A DNA stretch of 64,000 nucleotides from a virus. This document shows, in pieces, positions 19,837-29,218 of this stretch. The first letter of the stretch is position 1. Each line of letters opens with the position of its first letter. The translations under genes and the position numbers were made by a program. The DNA lies in the IMG/VR virus record IMGVR_UViG_3300037427_000542, positions 1 to 64,000 of that record, one strand, 5' to 3'. Under the pieces are notes generated by a model. That model was not told the origin of the DNA. It saw only the letters and a list, made by a program, of their open reading frames with translations, and searched no databases.

Positions 19837-20198
19837 AAGTAAGCTTTCAGAAAGAAGGAGTACACTTCTTCCCTGGAGCAGATACAAATCCTAAATATGC
19901 TACAGGCGATTGGGATGATGTTAGCTTCTTAGGATATCCTCATAGGCACATGTTCCATTTCTATATTACATTAGGAGTTACACATAACGATCGTGATGTA
20001 GAGTTCATACAATTTAAGCGTGAACTAGAAAGAACTTTTGATCAAGGTGTAATTAAACTAGACCACCAATCATGTGAAATGATTGGCGAATCACTTATAA
20101 ATTATATAGAAGAGAAGTATCCTAACAGAGCTGTTAGAGTTGAAGTATTTGAGGATAATGAAAACGGAGGCATCATAGAAAATGATTTATTTAGTTGA
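19803..20198 (+). CDS. dpdL: QueD-paralogous T-fold protein, DpdL-like (putative CDG decarboxylase)
   Basis: LGYPHRHMF fits the LxxxHRHxF signature recalled for DpdL; also DRDVEFI, SCEMI, V.EDNENG. Confidence 0.7.
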   Translation: MANKAYRKRYIKVSFQKEGVHFFPGADTNPKYATGDWDDVSFLGYPHRHMFHFYITLGVTHNDRDVEFIQFKRELERTFDQGVIKLDHQSCEMIGESLINYIEEKYPNRAVRVEVFEDNENGGIIENDLFS

Positions 20199-21255
20199 TT
20201 TAGAATATGTAGAAACTAGATATACTGCCCAATGGAAAACAGAATTCCCTCAGCAAATAGCAGATGAGACTGGACAAGACATTACAGTTATTGAAGGTCC
20301 AGAAGAAATAGCAGCATGCACAACACCAGGTGCTTTTTTAAACTTTGCAGGCACAAACATTTATAAAGCAGAACAAGTAAAATTGTTAGCAGAGTACTTT
20401 AATAATAATCAGATTAAGAATGGAGATCACTTTGTTTTTGCAGACGCTTGGCATCCAGGTATAATTAATCTTAAATATATGTTAGATCTATTTCAGATAG
20501 ATGCAACAATACATGCACTATGGCATGCAGGCAGTTATGATCCACAAGATTTTTTAGGTAGAAAGATAGGCAATAAACCTTGGGTTAGACATACAGAATT
20601 AGCTTTCTTCGATGCTATAGATAAAAATTATTTTGCTAGTAATTTTCATATAGAAATGTTTGCTAGTACATTCTTTAATCCTTCAGACGAAGAATATATT
20701 AATAGTAAAATTGTTAGAACAGGCTGGCCTATGGAGTACTTAGGTAACTACATACAAGCAGGTAGAATAGAAAAAGACAATATTATTTTATTCCCTCACA
20801 GAGATGCACCTGAGAAACAACTAAGTATATTTAAAGATTTAGAAAAAGAATTACCACAATATAAATGGATTAATTGTAACGAATATAATTTAACTAAGGT
20901 TGAATATAATCAGTTACTTGAACAATCCAAGATGGTATTCTCAGCAAACTTACAAGAAACATTAGGCATTAGCTGTTATGAAATACTAATGGCAGGAGGT
21001 ATGCCTCTTGTTCCTAATAGACTATCTTATGTAGAAATGTATGAGGATATATTTAAGTACCCTACGCAATTTACAAAAGACTGGAAAGGATATCAAGACA
21101 ATAAAAGTATTCTATTAGGCAAGATAGAAACAATGATGGAAAATTTTAATTCACCTGAAATACAAGGTGCAATTAAGAGTAATAGAGACACGCTGAAGAC
21201 ACAATACTTCTCGGCAACAAACATATATCAGGAGTTAATGAATGAGAAAATTTAA
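20182..21255 (+). CDS. GT-B fold glycosyltransferase (GT4-like)
   Basis: ILFPHR..PEK and C-terminal ETLGISCYE (E-x7-E), PLVPNRLSY.E. Confidence 0.8.
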   Translation: MIYLVDLEYVETRYTAQWKTEFPQQIADETGQDITVIEGPEEIAACTTPGAFLNFAGTNIYKAEQVKLLAEYFNNNQIKNGDHFVFADAWHPGIINLKYMLDLFQIDATIHALWHAGSYDPQDFLGRKIGNKPWVRHTELAFFDAIDKNYFASNFHIEMFASTFFNPSDEEYINSKIVRTGWPMEYLGNYIQAGRIEKDNIILFPHRDAPEKQLSIFKDLEKELPQYKWINCNEYNLTKVEYNQLLEQSKMVFSANLQETLGISCYEILMAGGMPLVPNRLSYVEMYEDIFKYPTQFTKDWKGYQDNKSILLGKIETMMENFNSPEIQGAIKSNRDTLKTQYFSATNIYQELMNEKI

Positions 21256-21697
21256 ATATTTATCTACAAAAACATATGGACATGAGGAAGGCTTATCATG
21301 TGTATTTAGACAACCCTTGGCCTTACATAGTCATTGCAGTTTATTACATGGATATGCTTTATCTTTTAGTTTTAAGTTTGGTTGTGAGAAATTAGACGAC
21401 AAGAATTGGGTAGTAGATTTTGGCAACTTAAAGGAATTAAAAAAGTGGTTGAAAGATTCTTTTGATCACAAACATGCAGTAGCAAAAGACGATCCTGAGA
21501 TGGGAACATTTCTTAAACTAGAAGAACAAGGATTGTCAGAAGTAGTAGTAATGAATGGTGTTGGTTGTGAGAAATTTGCAGAACAAGCATTTCATTATGC
21601 AGATGAATTAGTAAGTAACTTGACAGACGGCAGATGTTATGCTGTCTCATGTGAAGTTAGGGAACACGGGGCTAACAGCGCTATATACGAGGGCTAA
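21242..21697 (+). CDS. queD: 6-carboxy-5,6,7,8-tetrahydropterin synthase
   Basis: HCSLLHGY, NWVVDFG, FDH, GCEKFAE, EVREHGANSA. Confidence 0.9.
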   Translation: MRKFKYLSTKTYGHEEGLSCVFRQPLALHSHCSLLHGYALSFSFKFGCEKLDDKNWVVDFGNLKELKKWLKDSFDHKHAVAKDDPEMGTFLKLEEQGLSEVVVMNGVGCEKFAEQAFHYADELVSNLTDGRCYAVSCEVREHGANSAIYEG

Positions 21698-21700
21698 CTT

Positions 21701-22762
21701 ATGAAAGTAGCTCTAGTTACAGACACCCATTTTGGTGCCAGAAGTGATAGTCTAGCTTTCGATGCTTACTTTGCTAAGTTTTATGACGAAACATTCTTTC
21801 CTTATTTAAAAGAACATGATATTAAAACTGTATGCCACTTGGGTGACATATTTGATAGACGAAAGTATATAAATTTTAATACATTGAAGTCCTGTAAAAG
21901 ATACTTCTTTAAACAGGCAGAGGATTTAGGTATAGACATACACATGATTCCAGGTAATCATGATACCTATTTTAAAAATACAAATGATGTAAACAGCCCT
22001 GACTTATTGTTAGGAGAATATAACAACATAACATTATATCAGGAACCAACAGAAATAATGTTAGATAGAGAGAAGGTACTTTACCTTCCATGGATATGTG
22101 GTGAGAATTATGACAGGACTATGGCCAAAATTAAAGAATCTGACGCAAAGACTTGCTTCGGACATTTCGAGTTCGCAGGTTACTTCCTTCTTCCTGGAAT
22201 GCCTAATCTCCATGGCATGGATACTGACGCTTTTGTTGACTTTGATCTTGTGGTCAGTGGCCATTTCCATCATCGCCATAGCAGAGGGAATATTACATAT
22301 ATGGGCAACCCTTATGAAATCACTTGGTCTGACTATAAAGACCCTAGAGGTTTCGCCATATATGACACGGTTAAAAGAGATTTGGAGTACATCAACAACC
22401 CGTTTAGAATCTTCCACAAGATTTATTACGACGATTCAGATTTCGAGGGGAGCAATGCCATTAGCAATTTTGATTTTACTAGTGTCGTTGGTTCTAATGT
22501 TAAACTAATTGTAAATAAAAAGACAGACTATAAAAAGTTTGATGTCTTTGTAGACAAATTATACACATGCAATCTAATTGATCTAAAAATTATTGAAGAC
22601 TTCTCAGAGTTTGAGGATGAGGCATTGGGTGAGGAAATAGATCTAGAAGATACAATGACATTGCTAAAAGAATATGTTGATGTTGTTGAAACAGATTTAG
22701 ACAAACAACGAATTAAAAATTTACTACAGAGCCTATACATCGAGGCACAAGATACAGTATGA
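21701..22762 (+). CDS. gp47: Recombination endonuclease subunit (Mre11-like)
   Basis: TDTHFG, HLGDIFDRRK, GNHD, FGHFE, SGHFHHR. Confidence 0.96.
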   Translation: MKVALVTDTHFGARSDSLAFDAYFAKFYDETFFPYLKEHDIKTVCHLGDIFDRRKYINFNTLKSCKRYFFKQAEDLGIDIHMIPGNHDTYFKNTNDVNSPDLLLGEYNNITLYQEPTEIMLDREKVLYLPWICGENYDRTMAKIKESDAKTCFGHFEFAGYFLLPGMPNLHGMDTDAFVDFDLVVSGHFHHRHSRGNITYMGNPYEITWSDYKDPRGFAIYDTVKRDLEYINNPFRIFHKIYYDDSDFEGSNAISNFDFTSVVGSNVKLIVNKKTDYKKFDVFVDKLYTCNLIDLKIIEDFSEFEDEALGEEIDLEDTMTLLKEYVDVVETDLDKQRIKNLLQSLYIEAQDTV

Positions 22763-24456
22763 TACAATTTAAAAATATTAAATGGAAAAATTTCCTGTCG
22801 ACTGGTAATGCTTATACAGAGATTGATTTTACAAAGTCTCCTAGTACATTAATTATAGGTGAGAACGGTTCAGGTAAATCTACATTATTAGATGCTTTGA
22901 CATTTGCATTATTTAATAAACCTTTTAGGAATGTATCTAAGCCCCAACTTATTAATACTATTAATGGCAAGAATTGTTTAGTAGAAATAGCATTTAGTAT
23001 AGGCACAAAGAACTATACTATTAAGAGAGGACTACAACCTAGAGTATTTGATATTACAATTAATGGAGACTTGTTAGATAAGAATGCTAACATAAGAGAC
23101 TTCCAAAAATATCTAGAAGAGAATATTCTAAAACTTAATTACAAGTCTTTTACACAAATTGTTATGTTAGGTAGTGCCTCATTTACACCTTTCATGCAGT
23201 TACACTTGGGTGCTAGGCGAGAGATTATTGAGGATATATTAGACATCAGTATCTTTACAAGCATGAATGCTGTACTTAAAGGCAAGCTTACACAATTAGA
23301 AAACGATAAAAGAATTATAGAAGGTGAGATAGATGTTGCAAAACAAAAGTGTAATCTTCAAGAAACATATATAAAAACATTGGAGGATGATAAATCATCT
23401 AAAGTCACACAGATCTTAAAAGACATTAAGGAGACTGATAATGCGATCGAGACGGCTACTGAAGAAGCTCAGCGATTCGGGAAGGAGAAGCAGGAGGTTG
23501 GTCCTGTTAGCGAAAAGAAAAGAAAACTTGAAGAATTTAGAAGCAAGTTCGAAAGTCAAATTGCCAACCACAGAAAAGAACTAGAGTTCTTCCACAACAA
23601 TGAAGAGTGTCCTACTTGCCAGCAAGGCATAGAACACGATCACAAAGATTTAATGACACAAAGAGATGAACAAAAAATCTCTGAACTTGAAACAGCTCTA
23701 GAAGAACTGAATACGAAGTATAGCGAGGTAGAAGTATTAGTACAAAAGGTTCAAGAGTTAGATGAAAAGATAATAGAAACAAACAATGAAGTCATTACAC
23801 AACAAAGAATACAACAGCGCCTACAGTTAGAACTTAGTGATACAGAACACAAGACAGGCAACATTAAAGATGAGAAAACAAAACTTAAAACTCTAGCAAA
23901 GAGTACACTTAAAAAGGTTGAAAGTAGAAGTGAACTAAGCAACAACGAACATTATTTTAATGTTGCTAAGTCTATGTTACAGGATACCGGAATCAAGACA
24001 AAGATTATAAAAGCATATCTACCTATAATAAATAAATTAGTTAACAAATATTTAGCAGCAATGGATTTCTTTGTTCAGTTTGATTTAGACGAAACATTTA
24101 AAGAAACTATTAAGAGTAGAGGCAGAGATAAATTTAGTTACGCATCTTTTAGTGAAGGTGAAAAACAAAGAATAGATTTAGCATTAGTTTTTACATGGAG
24201 AACTATTGCTAAGATGAAGAACAGCGCTAGTACAAATATTTTATTATTAGATGAAGTGTTTGATAGTAGTTTAGATGTTAATGGTACAGACTATGTTATG
24301 GAATTGTTGAACACAATAGGCGAAGATACAAATGTCTTTGTAATCTCGCACAAGGGTGATCAACTATTTGACAAGTTTAGATCTGTAGTTAGATTTGAAA
24401 AAAGACAAAACTATTCTGTATTAGAGAATAGGAAAAAAGAAAATGAAATACACTGA
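22759..24456 (+). CDS. gp46: Recombination ATPase subunit (Rad50-like)
   Basis: KNFLSTGN, GENGSGKST, zinc hook CPTCQQ, FSEGEKQRIDLA, LDEVFDSSLD, VISHK. Confidence 0.96.
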   Translation: MIQFKNIKWKNFLSTGNAYTEIDFTKSPSTLIIGENGSGKSTLLDALTFALFNKPFRNVSKPQLINTINGKNCLVEIAFSIGTKNYTIKRGLQPRVFDITINGDLLDKNANIRDFQKYLEENILKLNYKSFTQIVMLGSASFTPFMQLHLGARREIIEDILDISIFTSMNAVLKGKLTQLENDKRIIEGEIDVAKQKCNLQETYIKTLEDDKSSKVTQILKDIKETDNAIETATEEAQRFGKEKQEVGPVSEKKRKLEEFRSKFESQIANHRKELEFFHNNEECPTCQQGIEHDHKDLMTQRDEQKISELETALEELNTKYSEVEVLVQKVQELDEKIIETNNEVITQQRIQQRLQLELSDTEHKTGNIKDEKTKLKTLAKSTLKKVESRSELSNNEHYFNVAKSMLQDTGIKTKIIKAYLPIINKLVNKYLAAMDFFVQFDLDETFKETIKSRGRDKFSYASFSEGEKQRIDLALVFTWRTIAKMKNSASTNILLLDEVFDSSLDVNGTDYVMELLNTIGEDTNVFVISHKGDQLFDKFRSVVRFEKRQNYSVLENRKKENEIH

Positions 24457-25096
24457 ACAATTTGCCAAACACGAATACTTAACAGACAAATGCTGGCCAC
24501 ATACATATGGTCCTAAGATTTATGATGACTTGTTTGAACCTATACAACATACAGTTAGAAATTATTTAGAGTTAGGCTCTGCTTATGGTGGGTCTGCTTT
24601 ATTAGCTAGAGATTATTTTACTAGGGCTACAGTATGGACAGTAGATATTGTTAGTCCTAATAGAAGAATACAATCCTCAGATAGAATTATTACATTACAA
24701 GCAGACGCATATCAAAAACGAATAGCTGATATGTTTCCACCTGACATGGATATTATTATTGATGATGCCTCACATAATATAGAGCATCAACAAAAAGCAA
24801 TTGAATTATATCTTTCTAAACTAACAGTAGGTGGACATTTTATTATAGAAGATGTAGAGTCTCCAACAAACTCTTTTAAATTGTTTGATAAAAAAGTAGA
24901 CGAGGTTTATAACAAATTAAAGACTCGAGGTAATATGTATCTTGACTATGAAGTATCTACATACGAAGGCCCAGAGTACTATGCTAATGTAAAACCTGGA
25001 AGAGAAGAACAAGCAGAAGAAGAAATGAAAGAGTATGGTGAGTTAAGACTAAAAGCAAAGAATGATAACTTATACATTGTAAAGAGAAAAGTATGA
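24443..25096 (+). CDS. SAM-dependent O-methyltransferase-like protein
   Basis: YLELGSAYGGS, DIIIDDASH, GGHFIIEDV. Confidence 0.75.
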   Translation: MKYTEQFAKHEYLTDKCWPHTYGPKIYDDLFEPIQHTVRNYLELGSAYGGSALLARDYFTRATVWTVDIVSPNRRIQSSDRIITLQADAYQKRIADMFPPDMDIIIDDASHNIEHQQKAIELYLSKLTVGGHFIIEDVESPTNSFKLFDKKVDEVYNKLKTRGNMYLDYEVSTYEGPEYYANVKPGREEQAEEEMKEYGELRLKAKNDNLYIVKRKV

Positions 25097-26181
25097 ATAA
25101 TGAAAATATCAAAGTTATATTAAGAAATCCATTACAAGTAAAAGTCCAAGAAGGTTATAGTGACTTTTTAGAATACACTATTCATCCTTTAGATACACCT
25201 ATTAAAGAAGCTTGGTTAGAAAAACTTAGAGATATACTTAGACAAAATTTACCTATTGACAATGACTTTTGCCACTTAGGTTTCCCACAGACACATAGGG
25301 ACTTACCTTTTCTATGTAATAGACTCAACGATTGTAAAAGAATAATAAATGAATTTCCCTGGGAAGACTTTGTACTCAGACCAATAAAAATAACAGAAAC
25401 ATTTACACCTGAATTATGTGTAAGAGAAGAGTCGGTTCATACAGGTATCACAGGAGGCGCAGACGATTGGGTTAATCATGATGTAATGAATACTCTTCAT
25501 AACTATTTTGAGAAAATGAATGGTACAATAGAAAATCCTTCTCCCTATATAGCAGCAGCACAAAAATGGCCAGAGATAATAATTGATGATGTTATACATT
25601 ATCCTAAAAATGTAGATCAAAATACACCATGCGCACAGGCAATAAAAGATCTAAATTTAATATGTCATGAGATGGAATCATTAATTAACGCAATGAAAGC
25701 AGGGCTAGATGCTACATCAACAACTATTGTACAATGGAACAGATCAGATAGATGGCCTTTAGAAGACTATATGAGAGATGGATTCGTACAAAATAGATAC
25801 AAAAGAGTTCCTGGTGGTGTATATTTACATTGGAGTCAAGTAGGTAAAACATTATTAGAAGTATTCAATGATGAAGGTGCTCCTAAGTTAGACAAAACAA
25901 CCTGTGAGGCTATAACACATTTGGATTATTATAGTGCAATGTTTGATATACATTGGGGACCTGATCAAGACTGGGCACCGGATACTTTCTGGCCTTGGTT
26001 AGAAGAGAATGGATTAGATCCTAATGATAAATATCTTTCATTAGGATTCATGCCTATAGGTCAAGTAAACTTAGAACAATCTTTCGGAACGGAAGATCCC
26101 AAGAAAATTTTAGCTATTAAAGGCAGGTATCTACATATACATAGTATAGAGTTCGATGGTATTAAAGCTGTGTATGAGTAA
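25093..26181 (+). CDS. Hypothetical protein, paralog of 50573..51322
   Basis: Shared motifs MNxLHxYF, LNxxxHxxE, PGxxYxxxxxVGK. Confidence 0.75.
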   Translation: MNNENIKVILRNPLQVKVQEGYSDFLEYTIHPLDTPIKEAWLEKLRDILRQNLPIDNDFCHLGFPQTHRDLPFLCNRLNDCKRIINEFPWEDFVLRPIKITETFTPELCVREESVHTGITGGADDWVNHDVMNTLHNYFEKMNGTIENPSPYIAAAQKWPEIIIDDVIHYPKNVDQNTPCAQAIKDLNLICHEMESLINAMKAGLDATSTTIVQWNRSDRWPLEDYMRDGFVQNRYKRVPGGVYLHWSQVGKTLLEVFNDEGAPKLDKTTCEAITHLDYYSAMFDIHWGPDQDWAPDTFWPWLEENGLDPNDKYLSLGFMPIGQVNLEQSFGTEDPKKILAIKGRYLHIHSIEFDGIKAVYE

Positions 26182-26488
26182 ATGGCACGGTGGTAAAGGT
26201 AGTAAGCGACGACAAGGTAATGAAGATGCTTATAGAGATAATTGGGATTTAATTTTTAAAAGGAAAAAAATGATAGAGATATATGGAAAACCAAGGTGTC
26301 CTTTTTGTGATAGAGCTAAAGCACTATGCGAACAGAAAGGATTAGATTATACTTATAAAATGTTGGATGCAGACTTTACTGCTGAGGAGATGTTTGAAAG
26401 AGCACCTAACGCTAAAACATTCCCACAAATTTTTATAGACGGTGAAGCTATTGGAGGCTTTACAGAACTGGAGAAACTACATGGCTGA
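26174..26488 (+). CDS. Glutaredoxin (own ATG at 26270) with in-frame upstream basic peptide
   Basis: CPFC, TFPQIFIDG..IGGF; upstream MSKWHGGKGSKRR... is in frame with no stop. Confidence 0.88.
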   Translation: MSKWHGGKGSKRRQGNEDAYRDNWDLIFKRKKMIEIYGKPRCPFCDRAKALCEQKGLDYTYKMLDADFTAEEMFERAPNAKTFPQIFIDGEAIGGFTELEKLHG

Positions 26489-26846
26489 GTTTACTGGCAC
26501 AGGTTATATTGCTTTGCCGCTAACAGTACATATAAAGGACAGTCCTATCCATGGACAAGGTCTTTTTGCTAAGGAAGACATTCCTGTAGACACAGAGCTA
26601 GGAGAGGCACATGCTTTTCTAATGCAGGATTGGGATGGAGAAGGAGAGTGGGGTAGAAAAGAATGGATGAGAACTCCTTTAGGAGCTTTTATTAATCATA
26701 GTAATACACCTAATGCTCTTGTAGAAGTAAGAACTCCTGTAGAGTATCCTAATACCACAACACTAATTACAACCACTAATATTTTAGCTGGCGAAGAAAT
26801 AACAGTATCATATGATGAAGGTACATTTTCATTACTAGGACTATGA
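26481..26846 (+). CDS. SET-domain protein (lysine methyltransferase-like) 1
   Basis: SPIHGQGLFAKEDI, FINHSNTPN, GEEITVSY. Confidence 0.88.
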   Translation: MAEFTGTGYIALPLTVHIKDSPIHGQGLFAKEDIPVDTELGEAHAFLMQDWDGEGEWGRKEWMRTPLGAFINHSNTPNALVEVRTPVEYPNTTTLITTTNILAGEEITVSYDEGTFSLLGL

Positions 26847-27196
26847 GTTTTAGTAAAGAAACATATCGTCCGTTACCAGAAGGGTTGACAATATCTCAAT
26901 CCAAAATAGATGGACTAGGGCTACACGCCTTAAAAGATTTCGAGGCAGGAGAGAAGTTTGGTGAGACACATGTATTAGTACATAGTAGAGACAGACATGA
27001 ATGGATTAGAACACCTCTTGGTGGATTTATAAATCATAGTGATAATCCTAATTGTTTTATTACTACAGACGCAGGTGATAGAACATTATATGCAACGATG
27101 CCTATTAAAGAAGGCGATGAAATTACAGTCTATTATAGATTCAAAGGTTACGACGGCATTATACATAATGATACAGAACCAGATATAGGATGTTAA
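26843..27196 (+). CDS. SET-domain protein 2
   Basis: SKIDGLGLHA, FINHSDNPNC, GDEITVYY. Confidence 0.88.
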   Translation: MSFSKETYRPLPEGLTISQSKIDGLGLHALKDFEAGEKFGETHVLVHSRDRHEWIRTPLGGFINHSDNPNCFITTDAGDRTLYATMPIKEGDEITVYYRFKGYDGIIHNDTEPDIGC

Positions 27197-27197
27197 A

Positions 27198-27770
27198 ATG
27201 GAAGAAGCAACGATAACAGAAAGTGAAACAACAGTATTGGATAAATTAGAGTTAATACCTTTTAACGATCCTTTATTAAAAAGAAAACCTAAACCTTTTG
27301 ACTTTGATAAAGACAATGCAAAAGAACTTAAACAAAAACTTCTCAAGGCAATGCACGAACTTGGAGGTGTAGGACTATCAGCTAACCAAGTAGGAATAGA
27401 TAAGGCAGTATTTGTTATAGGCGACGGTAAAGAAGAAGGACTACAAAAAGCATTCTTTAATCCTGAGATACTAGGTATAGGAAAAGACATGGAGTCTATG
27501 AAAGAAGGATGTTTATCCTTCCCAGGTTTGTGGCTTATGGTAAGTAGACCTAAACAGGCTATGATAAAATATTGGGACGAAGAAGGTGAAGAACATATGG
27601 AAACTTATGAAGGTGTAACGAGTCGTGTTATACAACATGAGTACGATCACATGTTAGGCCATAATTTTACATACAGAGTGTCTAAAATAAAATTAGATCG
27701 TGCTCTTAAAGCAATAGATAAAAAGATTAAGAAGTACCAAAGACGCCAGGCTCAGGCCAAACAGGCATAA
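27198..27770 (+). CDS. def: Peptide deformylase
   Basis: GVGLSANQVG, EGCLSFPG, QHEYDHMLG. Confidence 0.95.
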   Translation: MEEATITESETTVLDKLELIPFNDPLLKRKPKPFDFDKDNAKELKQKLLKAMHELGGVGLSANQVGIDKAVFVIGDGKEEGLQKAFFNPEILGIGKDMESMKEGCLSFPGLWLMVSRPKQAMIKYWDEEGEEHMETYEGVTSRVIQHEYDHMLGHNFTYRVSKIKLDRALKAIDKKIKKYQRRQAQAKQA

Positions 27771-27791
27771 ATAGTATTAAAGGAGAAACAG

Positions 27792-28145
27792 ATGGCAGAT
27801 GACATATTTGACTTTGGTTTTACAGCAGTAGACGAACCTGATACACAGGCTTCTGCTCCTGCGCAACCAACTGTAGACTCAGACGCAATCTTAGATAAAC
27901 TAGCACAACTAGAAGCTAAGGTATTGAACGCAGATAACTCTGGAATGGTTAATGAACACAGGGCATTAATAGAATCAGATGTATCTAGCAAACTTCGTGA
28001 TGTAGAGGATCTTGTCCTCCCTTTACTTTACAATTTGCAAAAAAATCCTGAAAAGGAATATATTCATTGGCCAAATAGAACGGCTATTATTGACAAACAA
28101 ATTGAAAAGATAAAGGCGGTAACAAGATACTATGAGCGAGTCTAA
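27792..28145 (+). CDS. Conserved hypothetical protein
   Basis: FDFGFTAVDE...PLL.NL.KNPEKEYIHWPNR; strong SD. Confidence 0.7.
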   Translation: MADDIFDFGFTAVDEPDTQASAPAQPTVDSDAILDKLAQLEAKVLNADNSGMVNEHRALIESDVSSKLRDVEDLVLPLLYNLQKNPEKEYIHWPNRTAIIDKQIEKIKAVTRYYERV

Positions 28146-28743
28146 CGGATTAAATAAAAACCAATTACAAAACGCATACCAAAGACCAGTAGCTAACATC
28201 TATGACTTGTACCTTACAGGTGCAATAGGAGATGCCAAAGACTATCAAGATTGGAATCAAATGATGAGATCAGCTACGGAAAATGATGTTGTTTACATAC
28301 ACATTAATTCTAATGGCGGTGAGATATTTACAGCTATACAATTAATGAGAACAATGCAGGAGACACAAGCAACAGTCATAGCTTCTGTGGAAGGTATGTG
28401 CATGTCAGCAGCCACATTACTATTCCTAACAGCAGATGTATGTGAAGTCTCAGAACATAGTCATTTTATGTTCCATACATACAGTTCAGGTAATTGGGGT
28501 AAGGGTAGTGAACAATTAGCCAATGTAATGGCAGATGATAAGTGGGCACGACATTTATTCAATACAGTTTATAAAGGATTTTTAGATCCTAAAGAGATGG
28601 AGTCAATGATTGATGGTAAAGATTTATGGATGAATCCTGCAGAAGTAGGCAAAAGACTAGAAAAAAGAAACAACCTGGCTAAGAAAGCTAGAGGACCAAA
28701 AAAGAAACAAAAAGCTTTACTTTCACCTACAAAGGCTTCATAA
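28132..28743 (+). CDS. ClpP-like serine protease
   Basis: IHINSNGG, EG.CMSAA (Ser), FMFH (His), DLWM (Asp). Confidence 0.85.
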   Translation: MSESNGLNKNQLQNAYQRPVANIYDLYLTGAIGDAKDYQDWNQMMRSATENDVVYIHINSNGGEIFTAIQLMRTMQETQATVIASVEGMCMSAATLLFLTADVCEVSEHSHFMFHTYSSGNWGKGSEQLANVMADDKWARHLFNTVYKGFLDPKEMESMIDGKDLWMNPAEVGKRLEKRNNLAKKARGPKKKQKALLSPTKAS

Positions 28744-28744
28744 T
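28716..28744 (+). promoter_or_regulatory. Probable sigma70 promoter without the dyad
   Basis: TTTACT-17bp-CATAAT upstream of 28767 and the TonB-dependent receptor gene. Confidence 0.5.
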
Positions 28745-28766
28745 AATAAGCGTAATAGGAGAAACT

Positions 28767-29210
28767 ATGATGAGAGAATTAAAAATATTTTTTACGGCAA
28801 TGTTTATATTTGCTTTACTAGCAGCTTGGGCACCAAGAGCTAACGCAGCAGATACATCAGATGTAATTGGAGCACTTTTATTTGGAGGTTGGTTAGGTAG
28901 TGAAATACAAAAAGACAGACGACCTATTGAACCTTATGTAACACATTTTCCTCATGGAACAATCATTGTTCCTGGATTCAAACAAAGAACAAACATGCAA
29001 TGCTTTTTTGAAATAGAAGCAGATGGCATGCCCAAGTATGCTGTACCTAACTGTTCTACTACTGGTAGCAGTTATTATAACAGACACACTAACACAAAAA
29101 TCCTGCAACAGGATATGTATCCTTGTGGTAGTTATTGGGGATATGGTTGTCAGTACTTAGTTCAAAAGCTAAAAGCTGGAACCATTACAGGGGTATTTAA
29201 TTTTAATTAA
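28767..29210 (+). CDS. Hypothetical exported protein
   Basis: Signal-peptide-like N-terminus ending ANA-A. Confidence 0.65.
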   Translation: MMRELKIFFTAMFIFALLAAWAPRANAADTSDVIGALLFGGWLGSEIQKDRRPIEPYVTHFPHGTIIVPGFKQRTNMQCFFEIEADGMPKYAVPNCSTTGSSYYNRHTNTKILQQDMYPCGSYWGYGCQYLVQKLKAGTITGVFNFN

Positions 29211-29218
29211 GGAGTAAG

